Shown: positions 43,837 through 54,322 of the stretch, in pieces
How the letters are laid out: each line of letters starts with the position of its first letter
Numbering within the stretch: the stretch's first letter is position 1
NCBI GenBank assembly: GCA_963847445.1
Contig: CAWJZV010000027.1
Span: 64,001-128,000 of the forward strand
Length of the DNA: 64,000 nucleotides
DNA from: an uncultured delta proteobacterium
GTDB taxonomy: Bacteria > Desulfobacterota > Binatia > UBA9968
Direction of reading: 5' to 3'
Translations under genes and position numbers: made by a program
The notes under the pieces: model-generated
What the model saw: only the letters and a program-made list of their open reading frames with translations
Database searches by the model: none
What the model was told of the DNA's origin: nothing

Positions 43837-44718
43837 ATGGACAACCGCCGCTACGACTATTCGCCGATCATTCGCCGGCCCAAGATCGAATGGCCTAATC
43901 ATGGCCGTGTCGCTTTGTGGGTGGCGCCGAATATCGAATATTTTCATTACAACATGCCGATCCGCGGCACGGGCAGCAGTCATTGGCCCGACGTGCCGGG
44001 CTATAGCTTGCGCGATTACGGCGCGCGCGTCGGCGTCTATCGGATCATGGACGTGCTCGATAAGTTCAACATCCGCGCCAGCGTGCTGTTGAACGCCGAG
44101 GTCTGCGAGAAGCATCCGCCGATCATCGAAGAGGGCAATAAGCGCAACTGGGAATGGCTTGGCCACGGCCTGACCAACAGCGTCTCGATGCTCGACTATG
44201 CGCCGGAAGAGGAGCGGGCGATCATTCACAACGTCAAAGAGATGATCACCAAGGCCACCGGCAAAGCGCCAAAAGGTTGGCTTGGCCCCGGCCTGGGCGA
44301 AACTCACGACACGCCGGATCATCTGGCCGCCGAGGGGTTTGAATATGTCTGCGACTGGGGCAATGACGAACAGCCGACGGCGATGCGGGTGAAGAGCGGA
44401 CGCATGGTGGTCGTGCCCTACGAGCTGGGGGTCAACGACATCCGTGTCTTTCAGCGTGAGAATCACACGCCGGAGCAGTACTTCCGGATGGTCTGCGATC
44501 ACTTCGACACGCTCTACAAAGACAGCGTCTCGGGCGGCCGGGTGTTATGCTTGCCGCTCCACCCGTTCGTCATCGGCATGCCGTTCCGGATTAAATATTT
44601 GGAAATGGCGCTGGAGTATATGTGTTCGCACGATGGCGTGTGGCGCACGACCGGATGGGAGATCGCCGAGTGGTACTACAAGAACTACTATAAGGATCCG
44701 GGGCGGTTTGAGGGATGA
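43837..44718 (+). CDS. Polysaccharide deacetylase family protein (PuuE-like)
   Basis: IEWPN..VAPNIEYF, RDYGARVG, GHG, GWLGPG, LPLHPF. Confidence 0.88.
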   Translation: MDNRRYDYSPIIRRPKIEWPNHGRVALWVAPNIEYFHYNMPIRGTGSSHWPDVPGYSLRDYGARVGVYRIMDVLDKFNIRASVLLNAEVCEKHPPIIEEGNKRNWEWLGHGLTNSVSMLDYAPEEERAIIHNVKEMITKATGKAPKGWLGPGLGETHDTPDHLAAEGFEYVCDWGNDEQPTAMRVKSGRMVVVPYELGVNDIRVFQRENHTPEQYFRMVCDHFDTLYKDSVSGGRVLCLPLHPFVIGMPFRIKYLEMALEYMCSHDGVWRTTGWEIAEWYYKNYYKDPGRFEG

Positions 44719-44773
44719 GGAGAAACCGTAAGGGGTGAAGGGCAAGGGGTAAGGCGATCGGAGGAGCGAGTTC

Positions 44774-46219
44774 ATGGGCATTGGCGTAGAAAAGAAGTTT
44801 GTTTTCGATACTGTCGAGCGTAATGGCGGGGCGATCGCGCAGCTATGTGACAATATTTTTTATTTCGCTGAGCTGGGCATGCAGGAGTTCGAGACCTCCG
44901 GGTTGATGATGGAGCTGTTGGACAAGGCGGGCTTCGCCATCGAACGAAATCTTTCCGGCATGCCGACCGGTTTCGTCGCGACTTACGGTTCGGGTAAGCC
45001 GGTGATCGCTTTACATACCGAGTTCGACGCGACACCGGCCTGCTCGCAGCAGGCCGGCGTCATCGAGCCGGCGCCGATCGTCGATGGCGCGCCGGGACAC
45101 ACGGAAGGCCACAACGTCAATGGCGCGGTAATGATCGGCGCCGCGATCGCGATCAAGCAGGCGATGGATCGTTTCGGCCTCAAAGGCACGCTGAAAGTTT
45201 TCGGCGCCCCCGGCGAAGAGCAACTGGTGAGCCGGCCCTATTTCGTGCGCGATGGCTATTTCAAAGATGTCGACGTGGCATTGCACGATCATATCGGCAC
45301 CGGCTTCGGCACGGTTTACGGGCTGCGCCAGTATGCGCTTATTTCCGCCGAGTTTACTTTCAAGGGACAGTCCGCACATGCGGCGACTGCGCCGTGGAAC
45401 GCGAAAGACGCGCTCGATGCGGTGGTATTGATGGACATCGGTTGGGACAAACTGCGCGAGCACTTGGAGCCGACCCAGCGCAGCCACCGAGTGATCACCA
45501 ACGGCGGCGACCAGCCCAACGTGATTCCCAACAAGGCGGCGATCTGGTGGTTTTTCCGCGAAGCGACGGCGGAGAAAACCCGCGCGCTGTTCGAAAAGGC
45601 CAAGCGCATCGCCGAAGGCGCGGCGATCATGACCGACACGACTTATTCAGTCAACGTGCTGAGCGCCGTCTGGCCGACGCGGGCGAACCGGACTTTGGCC
45701 GAAGTTATTCAGGCCAACGTCGAGCAGATTGGCATGCCGCAATGGGCCGAAGGGGAGCAGAAGTTAGTCTGCGACTTGCAAGCCAAGATCAACAAGAAAG
45801 CCGCCGGCATGCCGACGCAAATCATGCCGCTGAAAGAATGCGTGCAGTCGGTCTCCGCCAATGACTCGGGTGAGGTATCCTGGGTCGTGCCGACTGGATT
45901 GATTACGTTTCCGTCGAACATTCCCGGCGTCTCCTATCATCACTGGTCCGCCGGCGTGTCGTTGGCGACGACCATCGCGCACAAGGGCGCGGTCGCCGGC
46001 GCCAAGGCGATGGCGGCGTCGGCGCTCGATCTGTTCATGGATACCAAACTGGTCGCTCAGGCGAAGCAGACTTTCAAAGCAGAGATCGGCGATACCGAGT
46101 ACCGTCCGCTGCTGCCGCCGGATCAAAAACCGCCGCTGGAATTGAACCGCGATTTGATGGAGCGCCATCGGCCGGCGATGCGCGCGCATTATCTCAAAGA
46201 GAAGCCGGTGTTTAGCTAA
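44774..46219 (+). CDS. M20 amidohydrolase, AbgB-like
   Basis: ELGMQEFETS, GHTEGHN, GAPGEE, AHAA..PW..ALDAV, GGDQPNV. Confidence 0.85.
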   Translation: MGIGVEKKFVFDTVERNGGAIAQLCDNIFYFAELGMQEFETSGLMMELLDKAGFAIERNLSGMPTGFVATYGSGKPVIALHTEFDATPACSQQAGVIEPAPIVDGAPGHTEGHNVNGAVMIGAAIAIKQAMDRFGLKGTLKVFGAPGEEQLVSRPYFVRDGYFKDVDVALHDHIGTGFGTVYGLRQYALISAEFTFKGQSAHAATAPWNAKDALDAVVLMDIGWDKLREHLEPTQRSHRVITNGGDQPNVIPNKAAIWWFFREATAEKTRALFEKAKRIAEGAAIMTDTTYSVNVLSAVWPTRANRTLAEVIQANVEQIGMPQWAEGEQKLVCDLQAKINKKAAGMPTQIMPLKECVQSVSANDSGEVSWVVPTGLITFPSNIPGVSYHHWSAGVSLATTIAHKGAVAGAKAMAASALDLFMDTKLVAQAKQTFKAEIGDTEYRPLLPPDQKPPLELNRDLMERHRPAMRAHYLKEKPVFS

Positions 46220-46261
46220 CGGAATGTCTCACGCTGTTGGTAGTTTATCGGGGGAGTCACT

Positions 46262-46491
46262 CACCACGAAGGTCACGAAGGGTTGGGATGACCAAATCTC
46301 CGAACTTCGTGCTCTTCGTGTCCTTATTCGAAAATACAGGGCATCGGTTTGTAGGATGTGGTGACCAAAGGGAACCGCATCGTTGGTAAGCCGCACTCCC
46401 TCGATGCGGTTCGCGGACTCACCACATCCTACGGCTTTCGCTATTTTGATTGTCCGTAGGTGTGCGTAAGCACATGAAACACTTCGTGGTG
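46262..46491. repeat. Nested palindromic repeats (CACCACGAAG..CTTCGTGGTG enclosing a GTAG-type REP doublet)
   Basis: gtaggatgtggtg..aaccgcatcg (46351-46382) inverted to cgatgcggtt..caccacatcctac (46402-46432). Confidence 0.7.
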
Positions 46492-46812
46492 AAAAACTAT
46501 TTCCCATTGGGTTGTGTGGGAGCCGCGCTGGGATATCTGTGCGTTTGTGGCGAATCCTTCCGGTAGTTCGAGGCCAATGGTTAGATCGAAGAAGAAGTGC
46601 CTTCACTTAAGAGGCACTACACTGGATGTTTCTTGAATGAATAACGGATGGCCGTGCGTTCACCTTAGCCCGCGGAAATGTCATGTGTGTCATCCGGAGG
46701 CGATACCGAAGGATCTCGCTTTCGTAAGCGGCTGACAAGACGATATGCCTCGCTCGGCTCGGCATGACAACATCTTTGCAACCGTCAATCATTGTCCCAC
46801 GCGATTGGCAGT

Positions 46813-47532
46813 CTACCGCTCACTCACTTCCGCCACCAAAGTCACCGTCGACTTGACGTCGACGGTTCCCTGCTCGATTGGTGTCGGCGCGGCGGCGGCC
46901 GCCATATCGGCTCTGGCCATGGGCGCCGCTCGGTAGACCGGTTGAAAGGAGCGTTCGCCCTCGGTCACCGAGGAGATTCTGACGATCTTTAGTCCCAGTG
47001 ACGCGGCGATGGCTTCGGCTTTGACTTTCGCTTTGGCGGCGGCTTGCTTGAGAGCGTCGAGACGGGCGCCTTCTTCGTCTTTTAACGTGAACGCCAGACG
47101 GTTGATGTTGTTGGCGCCGGCCTGCATGGCGGCGTCGATCAGCTTGCCGACTTCGTCGAGCTTGGCGGTCTTGATGCGCACGATGTTGTTCGCCGTGTAG
47201 CCGACGATTTCCGGTTTGCCGCCTTGGGGATAGCGGTATTGCGGCGTGAGCGAGTAGCCGCTGGTTTTCACTTCGTCCCCTTTGCCCAGTAGCTTTTTTA
47301 CTTCGCCGAGGACGCGGGAAATCCGCTCGGCATTTTCTCGCGACGCGTCCGGCGCGGTGCGCGCTTGGTTAGTGACGCCGATATCGATCTGCGCCTGGTC
47401 GGGTTCGGCGGCGATGGTGGCTTCGCCGTTGACCGCTATCGACGGCGGTCGGGGCCGTTCTGGGCCTTGCTGGGCCGAGGCGGCGGACGCTAAAGCTAGT
47501 AATACGATAGGGAAAATGGACAGTGGCTTCAT
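46813..47532 (-). CDS. SIMPL/DUF541 (YggE/BP26-like) periplasmic protein
   Basis: Signal peptide; IAVNGEA..PDQA, LIDAAMQAGAN, KAEAIAASLG. Confidence 0.9.
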   Translation of the reverse strand: MKPLSIFPIVLLALASAASAQQGPERPRPPSIAVNGEATIAAEPDQAQIDIGVTNQARTAPDASRENAERISRVLGEVKKLLGKGDEVKTSGYSLTPQYRYPQGGKPEIVGYTANNIVRIKTAKLDEVGKLIDAAMQAGANNINRLAFTLKDEEGARLDALKQAAAKAKVKAEAIAASLGLKIVRISSVTEGERSFQPVYRAAPMARADMAAAAAPTPIEQGTVDVKSTVTLVAEVSER

Positions 47533-47641
47533 GTGCGATCCTTTCGCCGTGGGCGATGATTAGACTCCTACCGCAATAGCATCCTGGCCGCTATCTTTGA
47601 CGCGCGACTGCGATATGGTCAAAAAATTAGACGAGGCGGCG

Positions 47642-48424
47642 ATGAAATCGTTCATTGGAATTTTCTTACTTTTACTCTTTACCGGCTGCACTACCCAACG
47701 AGACGAGCTCATTTGGCGGGTAAAGGACGTCGTCCTGTCGCCCTTTTCTGAGATCATATTGGAAGGGCCGGACGGTGAGCTTGTCCTGACTGTGCCGACT
47801 CGGACGATTCAGGAAATGTTTTTAGCGCATACGCGCATCAGCCGGACGGCCAACGTGCAGAGCGAACTCTATATCGCCGCCGGCGATGAGCCGAACGCGT
47901 TCGCAGGTCCGGATGCGACCGGGCGCAACATCATCGGTATCAACGTCGGCATGATCAAGTTGGTCGGCGCCGATGCCAGCGTGTACGCGGCGTTGATCGG
48001 CCACGAAGCGGCGCATTTGGCCAAGGGTCATGGAACATCGGGACGGCAGCGTGCCAATACCCTTGACCTGCTCGGCACGGTAGTCGGCGCGGGTCTAGGC
48101 ATGGCCGGTGTGCCGGGCGGCGGCTTAGTCAGCCGACTTGCCGCCGATGTCATCGATTCGGTGTACAGCCGCGATCAGGAACGCGAGGCCGATGCTCTGG
48201 GCGTCGACTATATGCTCGCCAATCAATACGATCCCCAGGGCGCGATCCGTTTGCATGAGTTGCTGGTCAAATCCAGCAACGGCTTTCGCATACCGTTTCT
48301 TTCCAGCCATCCAAGCAGCGACGAGCGGATTGCGAATTTGCGTGGCTTAATTGCAGCGAAAAAGCCAAGAGCCGAGTCGTCACCGTCGATTCCCTCCCTC
48401 GATGGTGCCGCTGCCAAACAATAG
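47642..48424 (+). CDS. M48 family metallopeptidase, probable lipoprotein
   Basis: Lipobox FTGC; PNAFA, GHEAAH, YSRDQEREAD, FLSSHP..ERI. Confidence 0.9.
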   Translation: MKSFIGIFLLLLFTGCTTQRDELIWRVKDVVLSPFSEIILEGPDGELVLTVPTRTIQEMFLAHTRISRTANVQSELYIAAGDEPNAFAGPDATGRNIIGINVGMIKLVGADASVYAALIGHEAAHLAKGHGTSGRQRANTLDLLGTVVGAGLGMAGVPGGGLVSRLAADVIDSVYSRDQEREADALGVDYMLANQYDPQGAIRLHELLVKSSNGFRIPFLSSHPSSDERIANLRGLIAAKKPRAESSPSIPSLDGAAAKQ

Positions 48425-48437
48425 CGCCGCAACGTTC

Positions 48438-48504
48438 TGTCATTCCGAGCGCGAGCGAGGAATCTCGTCTCAACGCGAGATCTCTCACGTCGTTCGAGAT
48501 GACA
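48438..48504. repeat. TGTCAT..ATGACA REP-like palindrome
   Basis: tgtcattccgagcg...gaatctc...gagatctc...cgttcgagatgaca. Confidence 0.6.
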
Positions 48505-48602
48505 TTCCATCGGATCTTTGATTGACCACAAAAGAATAATTGTCGCGCTTCCCGCCGCCGGCCGAATTGCTAGTGCGGCGCTTTTCCTGCTAAACCGATG
48601 CT

Positions 48603-49935
48603 GTGGAATCCACTGCTGAGTTAGCCCGCAACACCTCCAAGCCTAAAATATTCTACGGTTGGTACATCGTTACCGTCGGCTTTCTCGCCAACGTGGCATC
48701 GTCCTTCGCGCTGGCGAGCACGATGAGTATCTTCTTGAAGCCGCTTACCGCTGATTTGGGAATATCCCGTGGAGTTTTTTCATTACTGCGCTCCGGCGAA
48801 GGTATCATTGCCGCATGCATCGCGCCGCTGAGTCGGCACCTTGGTCGACCGTTACGGCGGGCGCTGGTTGATGGTGATCGGCACCGGCATCGTCGCGGTG
48901 GGTTATTTTCTCTTGAGTCATATCGATACCTTTGCTCAATTCGCGGCGATCCGCTTGACGCTGGTGACCCTGGGCGATTCGATGATGGGCTACATGGTGG
49001 TCAACGTCATCATCGCCCAGTGGTTCGTGCGCCGGCGCGGCCGGGCGCTGGCGATCTCGAGCATGGGCGTGGGTTTCGCCAAAGTCTGCATGCCGGTGGT
49101 GGCGGCTTCGCTGATTCTCTGGCTCGGCTGGCGCCAGACCTGGTTCGTTTTCGGCTTGATGACGTTGGGGCTGTTGGTGCTGCCGGCGCTGTTGATCATC
49201 CGGCGCTCGCCGGAGGCGATGGGATTGCTGCCAGACGGCGCGACGGCACCAGTGGCCGGCGCTGACGCGAGCGCGCATCAGTCCGCGGCGCGCATGGCTG
49301 AGACCGGGGCGCAGGACGCGACCTGGACGCGTGCCGAAGCGGCGCGGACGACGGCGTTCTGGCTCCTGGTGATTACCTTTGGCATATCCAGTATCGGTGT
49401 GACTGGCCTCAATCTGCATGTTTATTCCTACGTCACTGACACCGGCTACTCGGCCGTGGTCGCGGCCACGGTGATGAGCATCATCGCGTCGATGCAGCTG
49501 GCTTCACCTTTGGGCTGGGGACTTCTCGCCGAGAGAATCGGCGTGCGCTATGCCGCGACCTTGCGCTTTGTCATCCAGGGCTGCGGATTGGCGCTGGCGA
49601 TACTGACCGGTAATCTGCTCTGCCTCTATGCCGGTTTTTTACTCTACGGCATCGGTCTGGGCGGCAACATGGTGTTGCCGGACATGCTCTGGGCCGATTA
49701 TTTCGGGCGCCAGTCCCTCGGTAAGATTCGCGGTTTAGGTTTGCTGATCTCGCATTTTCTCGCCGCCATCGGCCCGCCGTTTTTCGGCTTTCTCTTCGAT
49801 ATCACCGGCGGCTACGGGCTGTCGTTTGCGATCTTTGGCGCCGTGCTGGCGACTTCGGCGCTGCTCAGTCTCATGTTGAAGCCGCCCGGCAGACTCATTG
49901 AACAATGGAGTATTGGAGTAGTGGAGTGTTGGTAG
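48603..49935 (+). CDS. MFS transporter (one indel near 48830)
   Basis: IFYGWYIV, LVDRYGGR, WFVRRRGRALA, DYFGRQSLG. Confidence 0.88.
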
Positions 49936-50073
49936 TCTAGGAGTTCGGAATTTGCGCAGTGGTGGAACTCGAGCGGCATCTGGACCAGTATTCGATCGTT
50001 TGATACTCCAGCCTTTGCTCCTTTGCGCGCTTCTCTGTTAGGTAGATGGACAAATCACTCAGGAGGATCCTTC

Positions 50074-51069
50074 ATGGTTATCGATATTCACAATCACATC
50101 GTCGCCGGCGAGCAGCTGCAAACCTTCCAGGCCGGCTTGATCAACAGCGCGGGGTTTCACAAGCCGCGCGGTGTGGTTGTTACCGAGAAAGATATTCAAG
50201 CAGCTAAGTGGCATGGCCACCGCCATTCCGAAGTGCTCAGCGAGGTCGGCACGGACTTCGCTTTCATCTCGCCGCGACCCTACACGATGATGCACTCGGC
50301 GAAACCGGAAAAGATCGTTCACTGGTACTGCCAGGCGGTCAACGACGCGCTGGCGCTGCAAGTGAAAATGGAGCCCGATAAGTTTCGCGCCATTGGCGGC
50401 CTGCCGCAGAACGCCGGCGTGGCGGTGACCAACAGCTTTGACGAAATCGACCGCTGCATCAACGATCTCGGCTTCGTCGGCATCATGATCAACCCCGATC
50501 CCGGCGAGGGCGACGGCATGACGCCGGCGATGGGACAGGAGTATTGGTATCCGCTTTACGAAAAGATGGTCAAGATGGATATCCCCGGACTGGTGCATGG
50601 CGCGAGCTGCAAGAACCCGCGCGAGTCGTTCCACGGCCACTTTATTACCGAGGAGAGCATCGCGATTCTTTCGTTGGTCGATTCCAATGTGTTCAAGGAT
50701 TTTCCCAAACTCAAGCTGATCATTTCCCACGGCGGCGGCTCGGTGCCCTATCAAGTCGGCCGCTGGCGTTCGCAGTTGCGCGGTCCCAATGATACCGAGA
50801 CGTTCGATCAGCGTTTGAAGCAGCTCTATTTCGACACGGCGCTGTACAACATCGAGTCACTGAAGCTCTTGTTCCGTATCTGCGGACCGGAGCGCTGTCT
50901 GTTCGGCACCGAACGCCCGGGGGCCGGCTCGAAGACCGATCCGCGCACCGGCAAATGGTATGATGATGTGAAGCCGAACATCGACAGCATTCCCTGGCTC
51001 ACGGCTGACGACAAGGCGAAGATCTTCGACCAGAACGCGCTGCAAGTGTTCAGCCGGTTCAAGAAATAA
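50074..51069 (+). CDS. Amidohydrolase_2 family, LigJ (4-oxalomesaconate hydratase)-like
   Basis: IDIHNH, ISPRP, INPDP, ISHGGGSVPY, YFDT, LFGTE.PG, WYDDVKP. Confidence 0.8.
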   Translation: MVIDIHNHIVAGEQLQTFQAGLINSAGFHKPRGVVVTEKDIQAAKWHGHRHSEVLSEVGTDFAFISPRPYTMMHSAKPEKIVHWYCQAVNDALALQVKMEPDKFRAIGGLPQNAGVAVTNSFDEIDRCINDLGFVGIMINPDPGEGDGMTPAMGQEYWYPLYEKMVKMDIPGLVHGASCKNPRESFHGHFITEESIAILSLVDSNVFKDFPKLKLIISHGGGSVPYQVGRWRSQLRGPNDTETFDQRLKQLYFDTALYNIESLKLLFRICGPERCLFGTERPGAGSKTDPRTGKWYDDVKPNIDSIPWLTADDKAKIFDQNALQVFSRFKK

Positions 51070-51156
51070 AACCCGGAGTTTTGGAGTGATGGAGTAGTGG
51101 AGTATTGACGGCCGGTCGACCCATCACTCCAGTACTCCACCACTCCAGTCTTGCGC

Positions 51157-52416
51157 ATGTCTTCCGACACCGTCATCCTTGATCTCCACGCGCTGTCTCC
51201 CGACCGGCAGGTCGACGAACTTAAGCGCCAATACATCTCGCTGCGCGGTAAGCACTCCCTCGTTCGCGCCCGCGTCGGCGCGCTGCCGGTACGCCAGTAT
51301 GTCTCGATGCTCGAACGCGGTTACCGGGTTGCGCTTGAGCGTGACAGGGAAGGTTATTTACTAAAGCTTTGGCCGGACGGTTCGACGGCGCGCTCCGGTT
51401 TGCGCGGGGCGCATTCCATCGCTTGTCATTCCGATGGTCGTGTTTATACCAACACGACGGATAATCGCGTCGCCGTGATCGACGGCGGGACACGCACAGT
51501 CGTTAAACATATCGCCGTCGGCGACGAACCGTCGCACTTGGAGTTGGCGCACGATGGTAAGCGGCTTTATGTCGCCAACAGCGGCTCCAACGATGTGACG
51601 ATCGTCGACACCACCAACGATGGAGTGCTCATGACCGCGCCGACGGGCAAGCGACCGTTACTGCCGTGCGTCGCGGCAAATGGCGAGGCGGTTTACCTGC
51701 CGAGCGGGCCGGATCGGAACGTCACGGTGCTCGGCGGCGATGGTGAGTTTAAGAAAACCATCCCGGTCGGGTTGGCGCCGCACGATGTGGCGGTGTCGCC
51801 GGACAGCCGTTGGGCCTATCAACCCAACTCCGCTTCCCACACCGTGACCGTGATCGACGGCAAAAACTATGCAGTCGTTGGCGAAGTGAGAGTCGGCTTG
51901 GGACCTGGCCATATCGCGTTCGATCCCGAAAGCCGCTTTGCCTACGTCGCCAATACGCTTTCCGACGATGTATCAGTGGTGCGCACCGGCGATCATGAAG
52001 TTGTCGCGACGATTCCCGCCGGCGCCGGCGCGCACTTGCCGGCGCTGAGTTCGGATGGCCGATATGGTTACGTCGCGAACTTCGCCGCCGATAGTTTGAC
52101 CGTGTGGAATTGCCGGACTCATGGGGTTATCGCAACTATTCCCGTCGGCATCTATCCGCACTTCTTCGCTCTGAGCCCAGATGGCAAGTGGCTGATAGTT
52201 TCCAACACCGGCGAATCGAGCATCTGCGTGATTGACGCCCGCGACTACGAAGCACGAGTACGACTCCCGGTGGGCGGCGCGCCGGCGCATATAGCGTTCA
52301 GTCCGGACGGCGAATTGGCGTTCGTCGGCTGTGAAAGCTCGGATGAAGTGGCGGTGGTGGATCTCGGGCGAGTCAATATCCTCGATCTGGTTCGCGCTGG
52401 CGCGATCGGTGCATGA
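51157..52416 (+). CDS. YncE/YVTN beta-propeller protein with N-terminal extension
   Basis: Repeated YVAN..S..VTVID / IPVG..P..A.SPDG blades. Confidence 0.88.
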   Translation: MSSDTVILDLHALSPDRQVDELKRQYISLRGKHSLVRARVGALPVRQYVSMLERGYRVALERDREGYLLKLWPDGSTARSGLRGAHSIACHSDGRVYTNTTDNRVAVIDGGTRTVVKHIAVGDEPSHLELAHDGKRLYVANSGSNDVTIVDTTNDGVLMTAPTGKRPLLPCVAANGEAVYLPSGPDRNVTVLGGDGEFKKTIPVGLAPHDVAVSPDSRWAYQPNSASHTVTVIDGKNYAVVGEVRVGLGPGHIAFDPESRFAYVANTLSDDVSVVRTGDHEVVATIPAGAGAHLPALSSDGRYGYVANFAADSLTVWNCRTHGVIATIPVGIYPHFFALSPDGKWLIVSNTGESSICVIDARDYEARVRLPVGGAPAHIAFSPDGELAFVGCESSDEVAVVDLGRVNILDLVRAGAIGA

Positions 52417-52450
52417 CGCGGTGATTGCCAACTAAGGACTCAACTCCGGC

Positions 52451-52723
52451 GTGCAGGTACGGCTTGGTCATGCACGGGAGAATTTCCTATCGACCCTCAG
52501 TGCTCGCGGCAGGCAAAAAGAAGTTCCCGCGCTGATTTACGTGACGCACCACATCGAGGAAATCTTACCGATGTTTAAGCAGACACTAGTTCTGCGTCAT
52601 GGCCAAGTGCTCCATGCCGGGAAGACTCAAGATGTTCTCAAGCCACGGGTATTGCAGGAGCTCTATAGTGCGCCTCTGTCGCTACGCAAAGGCGGTGGAC
52701 GTTTCTGGCCGGTTGGGCGTTAA
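52451..52723 (+). pseudogene. C-terminal fragment of ABC ATP-binding protein (ModF-like)
   Basis: ARENFL..LIYVTHHIEEI H-loop present; Walker A and signature absent. Confidence 0.7.
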
Positions 52724-52832
52724 ATAAATTCCGTTCATGGGTTCAAGGTTCAAAAGTTCAAAGGTTTCGGATGGCGTGAGCGCTTACCGGTGTTGACGCA
52801 TTCGACCAGCCGCGCAGGTGTCTAGACTACTG

Positions 52833-54308
52833 ATGGATGCAACAACCAACAAACCGGCATCGCCGTCACGCAACCGCTGGTGGTCGTTATCCGTGGCCTC
52901 GATCGCGACGCTGATCGTCACCGCCGACACCGGGCAGTTGAGCATCGCGCTGCCGCTGATCATCACTGAGTTCGGCGCCGACCTGACATTAGCGAGCTGG
53001 ATCGCGCTCGTCTACGCATTGATCACCGCGTCGCTTTATTTGCCCTGCGGCCGCATGGCGGATCTGCTCGGCATCGGCAATCTGTTTCTCGCCGGGTTTA
53101 TTTTGTATGCCGTGAGTTCCATCGCGGCGGGCTCGTCGCAGAGCGCCGTGCAGTTGGTGATCTTTCGCGCCCTGCAGGCGGCCGGCAGCGCGCTGATCAT
53201 GGCGAACAATTTTGCCTTGGTGACGGCGTTGTTTCCGCCCGAAGAGCGCGGCCGGGCGATGGGCATCGCCGGCGGCGCGATCTCGGCGATCGGTTACACC
53301 ATGGGTCCGGTGATCGGCGGTCTGCTGACTCATGGCTTGGGCTGGCGCTCGAATTTTTTTGTTTCTTCTGTTCTCGCCGTTGGCGGTTTCGCTGCCGCGC
53401 GGGTCCTATTGCCGCCGGAAAGTTTCAAACCCTCAGTTGCCAAAGGGGCGAAAAAAGAGCCTTTCGATTTGATCGGCGCGCTGTCCTTCGCCTGCTGCAT
53501 TTCGCTGATACTATTCGGACTCGCCACGGCGCAGAAGGGCGGTTGGCAATCGCCGCTGGTGGTGGTTTCTTTGATCGCCGGCTTTGCGCTGCTGTTTTTC
53601 TTCATCCATTGGGAGCGGCGCGCGGGCGCACCCCTCCTCGATCTGGCGCTGTTTCGCATCCCCGCTTTTACCGTTGGCAACATGGCGCGCTGGATCAGTT
53701 TTATCACCATGAGCGTGAGCATCTTGCTGATGCCCTTTTACTTGCAGTTCGCGCTCGGTCTGGACCCGCTGCGCGCCGGATTCCTGGTCGCGCCGACACC
53801 CCTGGCGATGGCGCTTTTGGCGCCGCTGACCGGTTGGATGTCGGAACGGTTTGCCGCCGAACGGCTGTGCGCCGCGGGATTGGCGGTGAGCGGCTGCGCA
53901 TTTGTGCTCATGAGTCTGCTGTCGCCGATGTCCACGTCCGTGCAGATCGTTGTTTGCCTCGGACTGGTCGGCATCGGCATGGGACTTTTTCAAACGCCGA
54001 ACAACAATCTGCTGATGACCGCCGTGCCGCGCCACCGTCTCGGTGTCGGTTCGGCGTTTCTGTCGATCGTGCGCAGCTTGGGGTACTCCATCGGTACGGC
54101 GCTGGCGACGACGATTGTCGGCGCGCAATTGACGGCGACCGGGGCATCGTCGTTGCAGTCGTTTGCCAAGCAGGTGGGGACGGCCGGCAGTGGTGTCGGA
54201 TTAGCTGCTTTTATGCGCGGCTTTTATTTCGCGTGTTTGACGGCGGCCGTGCTGTGTTTTCTCGGCGCGCTAATCAGCTCGGTGCGGGTGTCGCGGGAAG
54301 CGCGCTAA
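52833..54308 (+). CDS. DHA2-family (14 TM) MFS transporter
   Basis: IALPLI, GRMADLLG, FRALQAAG, FPPEERGRAMG, GPVIGG, FQTPNN. Confidence 0.9.
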   Translation: MDATTNKPASPSRNRWWSLSVASIATLIVTADTGQLSIALPLIITEFGADLTLASWIALVYALITASLYLPCGRMADLLGIGNLFLAGFILYAVSSIAAGSSQSAVQLVIFRALQAAGSALIMANNFALVTALFPPEERGRAMGIAGGAISAIGYTMGPVIGGLLTHGLGWRSNFFVSSVLAVGGFAAARVLLPPESFKPSVAKGAKKEPFDLIGALSFACCISLILFGLATAQKGGWQSPLVVVSLIAGFALLFFFIHWERRAGAPLLDLALFRIPAFTVGNMARWISFITMSVSILLMPFYLQFALGLDPLRAGFLVAPTPLAMALLAPLTGWMSERFAAERLCAAGLAVSGCAFVLMSLLSPMSTSVQIVVCLGLVGIGMGLFQTPNNNLLMTAVPRHRLGVGSAFLSIVRSLGYSIGTALATTIVGAQLTATGASSLQSFAKQVGTAGSGVGLAAFMRGFYFACLTAAVLCFLGALISSVRVSREAR

Positions 54309-54322
54309 AGGGTCGCCCGCGG

